This document shows, piece after piece, positions 53,416-64,000 of a stretch of 64,000 nucleotides of DNA. Source of the stretch: Ginglymostoma cirratum (Eukaryota); contig JAHRHZ010000018.1 of the NCBI GenBank assembly GCA_024137785.1, forward strand, positions 62,001 to 126,000, in the 5' to 3' direction. Positions within the stretch are counted from its first letter, which is position 1, and each line of letters begins with the position of its first letter. Below the pieces are notes generated by a model. The model did not search any database. It saw nothing but the letters and a program-made list of their open reading frames with translations, and had not been told where the DNA came from. A program made the translations under genes and the position numbers.

Positions 53416-56400
53416 TCAGAGATAATAGGGACTGCAGATGCTGGAGAATCCGAGATAACAAGGTGTAGAACTGGATGAACACAGCAGGCCAAGCAGCATC
53501 AGAGGAGCAGGAAGGCTACGTTTCGGGCCTAGACCCTTCATCAGAAATGGGAAAGGTGAAGGGGGTTCTGAAATAAATAGGGATTGAGGGGGAGGTGGCT
53601 AGAAGATGGATAGAGGAGAGGATAGGTGGACAGGAGACAGATGAGTCAAAGAGGTGGGAATGGAGCCAGTAAAGGTGAGTGTAGGTGGTGACAGAGGGAG
53701 GAGATAGGTCAGTCCAGGGAGGACAGACAGGTCAAGGGGGTGGGATGAGTTTAGTAGATAGGAAATGGGGGTGCCGCTTGAGATGGGAGGAGGGGATAGG
53801 TGAGAGGAAGAACAGGTTAGGGAGGCGGGGACGAGCTGGGCTGGTTTTGGGATGCGGTTGGGGGAGGGGAGATTTTGAAGCTTGTGAAATCCACATTGAT
53901 ACCATTGGGCTGCAGGGTTCCCAAGCGGAATATGAGTTGCTGTTTCTGCAACCTTCAGGTGGCATCGTTGTGGCACTGCAGGAGGCCCAGGATGGACATG
54001 TCGTCTGAGGAATGGGATGGGGGGGAGTTGAAATGGTTCGTAACTGGGAGGTGCAGTTGTTTATTGCAAACCGAGCGTAGGTGTTCTGCAAAGTGGGCCC
54101 CAAGCCTCCGCTTGGTTTCCCCGATGTAGAGGAAGCCACAACGGGTACAGCGGATGCAGTATACCACATTGGCAGATGTGCAGATGAACATCTGCTTTAT
54201 GTGGAAAGTCTTCTTGGGGCCTGGGATGGGCGTGAGGGTGGAGGCATAGGGGCAGGTGTAGCACTTCCTGCGGTTGCAGGGAAAAGTGCCAGGTGTGGTG
54301 GGCTGGAGGGGGGTGTGGAGCGGACAAGGGAGTCACAGAGAGAGTGGTCCCTCTGGAAAGCAGGTAGGGTGGTGAGGGAAAAATGTCTTTGGTGGTGGGG
54401 TCGAATTGCAGATGGTGGAAGTGTCGGAAGATGATGCATTGGATCCGGAGGTTGGTGGGGTGGTACGTGAGGACGAGGGGGATTCTTTTTTGGTTGTTAT
54501 TGCGGGGACGGGTGTGAGGGATGAGTTACGGGAAATGCGGGAGACATGGTCGAGGGCGTTCTCGACCACTGTTGGGGGGAAGTTGCGGTCCTTGAAGAAT
54601 AAGGACATTTGAGATGTACGGGAGTGGAATGCCTCATCCTGGGAGCAGATGCGGCGGAGATGAAGGAATTGGAAATAGGGGATGGCATTTTTGCAGGAAG
54701 GTGGGTGGGAGGAGGTGTATTCTAGGTAGCTGTGGGAGTCGGTGGGCTTGAAATGGATATCGGTTTCTAGGTGGTTCCCTGAGATGGAGATAGAGAGGTC
54801 CACGAAGGTGAGAGTTTGCAATAAACAACTGCACCTGCCAGTTACGAACCATTTCAACTCCCCCCCATCCCATTCCTCAGGTGAACTTAAGGTTGGGGTG
54901 GAAGGTGTTGGTGAAGTGGATGAAGTGTCCAAGATCCTCATTGGAGTACAAGGCGGCGCCGATTCGGTCATCAATGTAACGGAGGAAGAGGTGGGGTTTA
55001 GGGTCAGTGTAGTTACGGAAGAGGGATTGTTCCACGTAACCTACAAAGAGGCAGGCATAGCTTGGGCCCATGCAGGTACCCATGGCCAACCCCTTTGTCT
55101 GCAGGAAGTGGGAGGAATTGAAAGAGAATTTGTTGAGGGTGAGGACGAGTTTGGCTAAACGGATGAGGGTGTCAGTGAAGGCGCACTGGTCAGGCCTGCG
55201 GGACAGGAAGAAGCGGAGGGCCTTTAGGCCATCTGCATGGGGAATGCAGGTGTATAGGGACCGGACGTCCATAGTAAAAATGAGGCATTGGGACCAGGGA
55301 ATTGGAAGTTCTGGAGGAGGTGGAGGGCGTGGGTGGTGTCACGGACGTAGGTAGGGAGTTCCTGGACCAAGGGGGAGAAAATGGAGTTCAGATAGGTGGA
55401 GATAAGTTCAGTGGGGCAGGAGCAGGCGGAGACAATGGGTCGACCAGGGCATTCAGGTTTGTGGATTTTGGGAAGGAGATAGAAGCGGGTGGTGCGGGAT
55501 TGGGGAACAATGAAGTTGGAGGCTGTGGGTGGGAGGTCACCTGAGGTGATGACGTTGTGGATGGTTTGGGAGATGATGGTTTGGTGCTTGGGGGTGGGGT
55601 CATGATCCAGGGGGCTGTAGGAGGAGGCATCAGAGAGTTGGCGTCTGGCCTCGGCGATGTAGAGGTCAGTGCGCCATACTGCAACTGCACCTCCCTTGTC
55701 CACAGGTTTTATGGTGAGGTTGGGATTGGAGCGGAGGGCTGCACATTCTGCGGGCGAGAGGTTGGAGTGAGTGAGAGGGGTGGACAGGTTGATGCGATTG
55801 ACGTCTCGACGGCAGTTGGCGATGAAGAGGTCAAGGGAGGGTAGGAGGCCTTGGGATGGTGTTCAGGAGGAGGGCTTGTGTTGGAGGTGGGAGAAGGGGT
55901 CAGTAGAGGGAGGGTTAGGTTCACAGTTGAAGAAGTAAGCGCGGAGGCGGAAGTGGCGGAAAACCTGCTCAATGTCCAAACGTGACCGGTATTCGTTGAT
56001 GTGTGGGTGGAGGGGGACAAAGCTGAGCCTTTACTGAGGACTGACCGTTCGTCCGCTGTAAGGGGGAGGTCTGGGGGGACGGTGAAGACTCGACAGGGCT
56101 CAGTGTTGCCGTCTCCTCTGGAGCTGCTGGCTGTGGAGGTGGTGGGCGGAGCGATGTCAGCGTCGGCTGTGGGCGGAGTTGCATCGGCGTCAGCAGTGGG
56201 CGGAGTTGCGTCCCTCACCTTCCTGGACCTCTCTGTCTCCACCTCGGGCAACCACCTAGAAACCGATATCCATTTCAAGCCCACTGACTCCCACAGCTAC
56301 CTAGAATACACCTCCTTTCACCCACCTTCCTGCAAAAATGCCATCCCCTATTCCCAATTCCTTCGCCTCCGCCGCATCCGCTCCCAGGATGAGACATTCC

Positions 56401-57572
56401 AATCCCGTACATCTCAAATGTCCTCATTCTTCAAGGACCGCAACTTCCCCCCCACAGTGGTCGAGAACGCCCTCGACCGTGTCTCCTGCTTTTCCCGCAA
56501 CTCATCCCTCACACCCTGTCCCCGCAATAAAAACCAAAAAAGAATCCCCCTCGTCCTCACGTACGACCCCACCAACCTCCGGATCCAACGCATCATCTTC
56601 CGACACTTCCACCATCTGCAATCAGACCCCACCACCAAAGACTTTTTTCCTCCCCACCCTTAACTGCTTTCCAGAGGGACCACTCTCTCTGTGACTCCCT
56701 TGTCCGCTCCACACTCCCCTCCAGCCCACCACACCTGGCACTTTTCCCTGCAACCGCAGGAAGTGCTACACCTGCCCCCACACCTCCTCCCTCACCCCCA
56801 ATCCCAGGCACCAAGAAGACTTTCCACATCAGGCAGATGTTCACCTGCACATCTGCTAATGTGGTATACTGCATCCGCTGTACCCGTTGTGGCTTCCTCT
56901 ACATCGGGGAAACCAAGCGGACGCTTGGGACCGCTTTGCAGAACATCTACGCTCGGTTCGCAATAAACAACTGCACCTCCCAGTTGCGAACCATTTCAAC
57001 TCCCCCCCCCTCTGATTCCTCAGACGACATGTCCATCCTGGGCCTCCTGCAGTGCCACAACGATGCCACCCAAAGGTTGCAGGCACAGCAACTCATATTC
57101 CGCTTGGGAATCCTGCAGCCCAATGGTATCAATGTGGATTTCACAAGCTTCAAAATCTCCCCTCCCCCAACCGCATCCCAAAACCAGCCCAGCTCGTCCC
57201 CGCCTCCCTAACCTGTTCTTCCTCTCACCTATCCCCTCCTCCCACCTCAAGCGGCACCCCCATTTCCTACCTGCTAACCTCATCCCGCCCCCTTGACCTG
57301 TCCGTCCTCCCTGGACTGACCTATCTCCTCCCTATCCCCCTACCGACACTCACCTTTACTGGCTCCATCCCCACCTCTTTGACTTGTCTGTCTCCTCTCT
57401 CCCTGTCTTCTCCTCTGTCCATCCTCTATCCGCTTCCCCCTCTCTCCCTATTTATTTCAGAACCCTCTTCCCCTCCCCCATTTCTGATGAAGGGTCTCGG
57501 CCCGAAACGTCAGCCTTCCTGCTCCTGTGATGCTACTTGGCCTGCTGTGTTCATCCAGCTCTACACCTTGTT
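53416..57572. mobile_element. Composite Neptune-type PLE: long - copy (to ~56210) joined to an inverted + copy of its 3' half
   Basis: RT/GIY-YIG frames on both strands; junction at ~56210; flanking direct repeat AACCCA(C/T)TTACTGGT at ~53400 and ~57573. Confidence 0.92.
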
Positions 57573-57940
57573 AACCCATTTACTGGTGACTTGTTCCAGC
57601 TCCAAGAGAACATTAATTTCTTTCTCGGTCTGAACCAGGTGAAAATGCAGCAAGTTTCTTGAAGATATCTCTCCCTTCCACAGTCAGAAACAACAACAAC
57701 TTGGTCAAGTTTCCCATCATGCCCTCTGGTTCTGGTCAAATTCATTCCTTTGCTGTTCACACAAATTCTGCTCTTTTAAGCAAATGATCCAAGTTTCTTG
57801 ATTATCCTTTTCATTTTTAAGCTGGTCTCAAATATCCATGGTGCATTGTGTACAACCCATCAGCACCAAGAGTGTGAAGCTGACAGCATTGTTTTGTGGT
57901 AAATGAGCAATAAATCTAATGTGTGACATTTATTTCGGAG

Positions 57941-57981
57941 CCCTGTTGAAGACCAGAACACTATGCATGCAACAGTAAACG
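57941..57981 (+). pseudogene. Candidate cytoplasmic exon 1 of the + strand receptor
   Basis: 41 nt, PVEDQNTMHATVN, strong donor G|GTAAGC; phases bridge the TM exon and the 59341 exon; acceptor is weak (TTTCGGAG|). Confidence 0.55.
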
Positions 57982-59340
57982 GTAAGCAAACGAATTCCAT
58001 CATTTTCGAAAGATTTGGCAGAAATCTACTCTCTATTCCAAATATCTATTTAAGCCTGTTAGATTCATGCTGTGATTAATAAGCTAATGGTTAGAGCATG
58101 TCATTTGTCTGATTGACACAATTTACCATTGTGGTTACTCACTGAGACATATTCACGGGAGACTGCAGATGTTCTTTAACAATGGAACTTACATTTATTA
58201 CACCCAGGAAAGAAGGCAAAAACAACACACCAGATTGGGTGTATATATTTATTACAGTGAGGAGAACCTTAATACACTCATTAAAACAATGTTTCATCCA
58301 CATTCCTATCACTATCCATTAGAGATGCACAGGTCTAGAGAAATTATACCCTAATTTCAATTCTTTAATTTCCCAATGAACTGACTCTTGCTTATTTCTC
58401 TTTCTTGAACTGTCAAAACAATTCTATGATCTTTCCCTGAATCCAATCGCTGGAAGCGATCACTGTACTAATGGCTCAACTTTTTCAGTTCGAACAACCC
58501 AAAGAGTTCTGTCCCAAATTCTTGTTTGGAAAAATTCACAAACTGGAAAGACATTGCTGCCGTGGTGACTGGTTTCTTCTGCACTGAAAACTCCAGTTCG
58601 GACAGAAACTCAGACTTCGTTCTGAATTCAACTCTCGGTTGTTTTCAATTTAATCTTTTTTCAACCGCACTCGAAACAAAACTAAAAGCTTAATGCACTT
58701 ACAGTGCCTGTCACAAACTCAGAAGTATAAATTTATTTGACACTCCAGAGTAGCTCCCAATTCCCTGATGGCACTCACGTGCCTTCTTGGAGCAACTGCA
58801 TTGAATCAATGTTACAGAATGACTTTCTAACCTTTTCAAAAAAATCTCGATAGTGTGAACCTGTATTCATATTTTTCTCTTTTTAAATCCTTGAAAATTT
58901 CAAAAATGATATACTTTACACACCGTTCATCACACAAAAAGGTAGAGTGGAGATAAGGAGAAACGTTTTCACTGGAGAGAGTTGCTGGGTTCTCCCACAC
59001 TTGACTTGAAAATGTATTTGAAGCTGATTCAAGTCGGAATTTGAAGAGGGGTTTGGACAGGTATTTGAAGATGAAGGACATAGAGGGTCGCTGATAAAGA
59101 ACAGGGCTATAGGGTTAAGCACGATGACTCTTTCAAAGATCTAATATGGATGTGATGGGTCGATGGTGCTCTCTCTGTGCTGAGTTTGTCTGATTGACAT
59201 GATGAACATTCTAACAGCTGCCTTCCTCTAAACGTGCCCAAAGTGACACTGGCATTTTTCCCTCACCATCTTTCCCAGTTTAAGGGGCTCGATCATGATT
59301 TGGCTCCATTCTGAATTGGTCTTATTGTATTATCTTTCAG

Positions 59341-59384
59341 ATCAAATACAGAGCAGGGAGCAAGCAGCAGTTCCTCCTGTTGTG
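59341..59384 (+). pseudogene. Candidate cytoplasmic exon 2
   Basis: Acceptor TATCTTTCAG|, 44 nt DQIQSREQAAVPPVV, donor |GTAATG; phase 1 in, phase 0 out. Confidence 0.65.
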
Positions 59385-59844
59385 GTAATGAAATGGAATA
59401 CCACTCTTGGCTCTTGCTGTATTTTTAACACAAGGGCTTTGAGAAACAGGAGCAACATCCTGGAGCGTTATCACCAGAACGATTTCAAATCATAACTCAT
59501 AACAAACAGAAAGTTTCTGTTCCACAACAGGCTCTGACTGAAAATAATCAAAGAGAAATCAATCATTTCCTTCTGTTTAATCTTGTGACAAGGTGCACGG
59601 ACAGAAATACCCACAGAGTTCCAGTGCCTGGGAAATGTTCTCACACTTGGTGGGATTACAATCACAGACAGAATGCCCTGGGGTCGATATTCCTCCCAAT
59701 GGTTTGCTCAGGTGCAGGAGACCCTCTGAGGGCTGAGATTAACACTAAGAATTAAATGCTGTTGCTGGGATCTTGCTGTGTACAAATGAGGAACTCCCGG
59801 TGTTTCTGAGAAAAATAATGAGTGATGTTTCTCTTCAATTCCAG

Positions 59845-59967
59845 CTGGCTGAAGGGGAATGTCTTTATGCCGAGCTTCACTTTCACCAACAAGGAACCAG
59901 CCGGCCAACAATGACAGCTGCTGAAAGTGGCTCAGAGTACGCAGTTGTAAAACGGGCAAGAAACTGA
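59845..59967 (+). pseudogene. Terminal cytoplasmic exon with two tyrosine inhibitory motifs (open frame)
   Basis: Acceptor TTTCTCTTCAATTCCAG|; LAEGECLYAELHFHQQGTSRPTMTAAESGSEYAVVKRARN*; YAEL and SEYAVV. Confidence 0.8.
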
Positions 59968-60028
59968 AGTTCAGCAAGACCCTTTCAGTCTGCAGCAAAG
60001 AGCAGTCAAGAGCAACACATTTGAACAG

Positions 60029-60217
60029 AGATAGTAGGAACTGCAGATGCTGGAGAATCTGAGATAACAAGGTGTAGAGCTGGATGAACACAGCAGGCCA
60101 AGCAGCATCAGAGGACCAGGAGCATTTTGTGAAGAAGGGTCTAGGCCCGAAACATCAGCCTTCCTGCTCTTCTGTTGCTGTTTGGCCTGCTGTGTTCATC
60201 CAGCTCTACACCTTGTT
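60029..60217. mobile_element. Short foldback Neptune-PLE terminus
   Basis: Inverted halves; direct repeat ACATTTGAACAG on both sides. Confidence 0.8.
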
Positions 60218-60240
60218 ACATTTGAACAGAACAATCTCAA

Positions 60241-60496
60241 AGGTTTTAGAGTAGATTTGTAGCTCGGGTTGTGAGTGTTCTGGTTGGTTGGCTCGCCGAG
60301 CTGGTTCGTTGTTCTTCAGCTGTTTCATTACCCTGCTGGGTAACATCACCAGTGCAGCCTCCGATGAAGCGCCGATGTGTTTTCCCGCCTGTTATTTAAA
60401 CCGGCGCTTCATCGGATGCTGCACTGATGATGTTACCCAGCAGGGTAATGAAACAGCCGCAGAACAACGAACCAGCTCGGCGAGCCAACCAACCAC
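60241..60496. mobile_element. Short foldback Poseidon-PLE terminus
   Basis: 60280-60385 is the reverse complement of 60400-60495; flanked by AGAAC(A/C)ATCTCA. Confidence 0.8.
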
Positions 60497-60654
60497 AAGA
60501 ACCATCTCAGCTTCTTCTTCGCATACACCCAGATTCAGGCTTCCTCACTAACAACTGTCCCATGTCCACATACACCCAGACCCTGAGATTACTGGGCACT
60601 CAGACCCTCCCAGACCCTGAGATTACTGGAAACCCAGACCCTCTCAGACTGTGA

Positions 60655-62115
60655 TAGAACATAGAACGATACAGCACAGGAATGGGCTCTTCAGCCCACA
60701 ATTAAACTAATCCCTTCTGCCTGGCCTTGGCCCATATCCCCCCTTTTTGTTGCTATTCACATGCTTATCTAGAAGTCCCTTAAATGCCTCTATATTATCT
60801 GACTTTACCACCACCCCTTGCAGCATGTTCCAGACTCCTACCATGCTCTGTGTGAAATACCTGTCCCTCAACTCTCCTGTAAACTTTACCCCTCTCATCT
60901 TAAATACATGCCCCATTAGAAATTTCAACTGTGGGAAAAAGATTTTGACTGTCAACCCTACCTATGCGTCTCATAGTTTTATACACTTCTATCAAGTTTC
61001 CCCTCAGCCTCTGATGCTCCAGAGAAACAACCTGAATTTTTCTAACCTCTCCTTATAGGTCATACCCTCTAATCCAGGCATCATCCTGATAAACCTTTTC
61101 TGTACCCGCTCCAAGGCCTCCACACCCTTTCTGTAATGTGGCGACCAGGATTGAGTGCCAGAATTTAACCAATGTCTTACAGACTGAAACATAACATCCT
61201 GACTCTTGTACTCAATTCCCTAACCAGTAAGTGCAAGAATGCCATACACCTTTTTTACTACCCTATCAGCTTCATGGCCACTTTCAGGGAGCTATGGACT
61301 TGAACCCCAAGATCACTCTGTGCATCAGTGCTCTTCAGAGTCCTGCCATTATCTATATTTTTCCTATACATCCTTTGCCTGCTATGATCTGCCTGTACTG
61401 CACGTAAACAAAGCTTTTCACCGTATTTTGTTAATTGTGACAACAAAATCAATCATTTAAAGTGCAGCACCCCTCATTTAACTGGATTAAACTCCATCTG
61501 CCATTTCTCTGCTCATATCTGCAACTGATCCATATCCCATTGTATCCTTTAACAACCTTCTACACAATCCACAACTTCATCGATCTTTGTAACGTCTGCA
61601 AACTTACTAATCCACCTATCTACATTTTCATCCAACTCATTCAGAAATATCACAAATAACAGAGGGCCCAGTATTGATTCCTGTGGAACACCACTAATCA
61701 CGGACCTCCAGTCTGAAAATCACTCTTCCACCACTACCTTCTGCCTTGTATGGGAAGCCCCTTCTGAATCCACGTGGCCAAGTCACCGTGGATTCCATGT
61801 ATTTTAATCTTCTGGATGAGCCTACCATGAGGGACCTTGTCAAAAGTCTTACTAAAGTCCATGTAAACAACATCCACTGCCCTACCCTCATTGTTCACCT
61901 TTAGCACCTCCTCGAAAAATTCAATCAAATTAGTAAGACATGATCTGCCCTGCACAAACCTATGCTCACTGTCCCTCATTAAACCATGCTTTTCCAAATG
62001 TGCATTAATCCTATCCCTAAGAATTCTCTCCAATAGCTTCCCAACCATCTATGTGAGACTCACTGGTCTGTAGTTTCTGGATTATCCCTAGTTCCTTTCT
62101 TGAACGGAGGAAAAA
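60655..62115 (-). mobile_element. HER1 (CR1) LINE, degenerate
   Basis: VGKLLERILRDRI..VVYMDFSKTFDKVPH and WSPHYRKGVEALERVQKRF; ATAGAAC tail. Confidence 0.9.
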
Positions 62116-62127
62116 CATTTTGATGTT

Positions 62128-62552
62128 ACTCATACCCTCCCAGACCCTAAGATTACTGGGTCCTCAGACCATCCTAGACCCTGTGATTACTGGGCACTCA
62201 TATCCCCTGAGGCCCTGAGATTACTGGGTTCTCACATCCCCTGAGGCTCTGTGATTGCTGGGCACTCAGACCCTCCAAGACCCTAATACTCAGACCCTCA
62301 GATTACTGGGCACTCAGACCCTCCAAGACCCTAATACTCAGACCCTCCCTGACCCTGAGATTACTGGAAACTCAGACCCTCCCAGACCCCATGATTACTG
62401 GACAATCAGACCCTCGCACACCCTGAGATTACTGGGCATTCAGACCCACTCAGACCCACCCAGACCCTGAGATTACTGGGCCCTCAGACCCTCCCAGACC
62501 CTGTGATTACTGGGCCCTCAGACCCACCCAGACCCTGAGATTACTGGGCCTA
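62128..62552. repeat. ~34-bp minisatellite (also at 60575-60650)
   Basis: Tandem CAGACCCTGAGATTACTGGGC(A/C)CTCAGACCCTCC units with variants. Confidence 0.92.
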
Positions 62553-64000
62553 CAGACAGTGCAGCAGCTCAGCATGGAGGTTTAAGGTGCAGACTCTCAC
62601 TGAGATTATTTGGAGCACACTGTCCTCTGCTGGTACCTCTAGCATTGTGCAGATCAACAGCAGGGTCATTTGTGGGAACTGCTCGAATCACAAGTTCCCT
62701 CCAGGTCCCAGCACATTCTGTTTCGGAATATCAGCCTTTCCTTCCTCAGAACTGGTCCTGTTATTGGAATTCTCCGGTTATCAGCCAGCACTGGGGTCAA
62801 TGGACAGCCCTAGGCAGAAAAAAGCTTAACCAGGATGAAGCAAGTCATGATTTAAATTGGATACATTTGTCACACTGTTAAGAAAAATAACAATTGATAG
62901 GTTGATCATTTAAGTTTGAAAATCCCCAGGATGTTGCCTGGGTCTCTGGTTTAATCATGTCTTGATAATCCCACTCAGCCATTACCTCTCCCTCAGTGTG
63001 ATTGGCTCGTTTCCTGTTTTCATTGATGCTTTAATCTTGTCTGGTCATGCAATTTGGATTGGTTTTATTTTGCCAGTCATTTCTGAATTGTTGCCCTCAT
63101 TTTTCAGACACAGGAATATAGGAGCAGGAGTGTACCATTCAGCCCCTCAAGCCTGCTATCCCAATCAGTAAGATGGCGGGTGATCTGGTTGTGTTCTCCC
63201 TCCATTTTCCTGTCTGACCCCTGACCCCTCAACTCCCTTGTCTCCTGAAATCTCCAGCAGCCCATGGACAGAGTAGGGTTGCGAAAAAGGACGGCCAAGT
63301 GTGACAGTCAGTGTCAATGTGGCATCAGGAACTGGGAATTCAACTCACATCCGACTGGAATCTTTCTCCAGATGTTCCTGTGGAAATGCTGGCTCTGCCC
63401 TGGTTCAGCCTGTGCCTTTTAGCTTCATATTACTGACAGAATCTTGCCCCTCTCAGACAGTTTCTGCTAAATTCGGGAGCTCTGTTTCCCTTCCTTTACT
63501 TTCAGCTTTTTGATGGGTGAGGGAGGAAGGGGGTAGTCAGTGACCATTCCTATTTTCTCTCCGTCTTATCCCTACTATCCATCTTTGGTCTTTCTATTAC
63601 TTACCCTCCCTGTACCCTCCACTCTGTTTCCCTTCCCTCCATGTACTACTTCCCGCCCTTCGAACTCCTCTGTCTCTATTCCTTTCCCCAAACTTCTTTT
63701 GTCTTTCTGTGCCCCTCATTCTCCAATTATTTCCTTCCCTCTCTGTGATTGCTATTGCCCTCAATGTTTTACTAACAAATGCTGTCTTGCTGGGACTTTA
63801 GTGGCTGACCATCCCATTGGTCTAAGTGGGTGGAGGACAATCTCGTTTCAGATCCTCACAATGTATTCCACATGCCCTGGCTCCTCCCCCTCCCTTCCCC
63901 AACCAGCTCCGTCTCCAACTTTGCTTTTCCAGAACTTTCAATAGGGTCAGCAACTGCGACACACATACCCTGAGCCTGATTGGTGAGGCCTTACGATCTC

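Noticed and set aside
62128-62552. CRISPR-like array or repeat protein
   Set aside because: The units are contiguous with no unique spacers, the context is eukaryotic, and the 34-bp unit does not keep frame.

Overview
Vertebrate genomic DNA, almost certainly from a shark. The evidence is HER1/CR1 LINEs, an HE1 V-SINE and abundant Penelope-like elements (PLEs); the species cannot be determined from the sequence. Most of the window is retroelement, and most ORFs in the track are retroelement frames or their antisense shadows. Between the repeats lies a cluster of non-rearranging, antigen-receptor-like Ig-superfamily genes. There are five exons encoding Ig/TCR-like V domains; four end in a germline-fused J-like segment, one has a degenerate end, and none has an RSS or C domain. 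There are also two paralogous Ig-type leader exons placed head-to-head within an ancient inverted duplication. On the + strand a gene can be reconstructed by hand: leader (30585) - VJ (40307) - VJ (46626) - transmembrane exon split by a Penelope insertion (49232/50601) - three cytoplasmic exons (57941, 59341, 59845) ending in CLYAEL...SEYAVV ITIM-type motifs. This would be an inhibitory V-V-TM-ITIM receptor, architecturally like NITR/SIRP/APAR, and it is now a pseudogene. The - strand paralog keeps one fully open VJ exon (5148-5492) and runs off the left edge. The PLEs show foldback structures, long target-site duplications and minimal hammerhead-ribozyme cores. Exon boundaries were read by eye and repeat boundaries are approximate.
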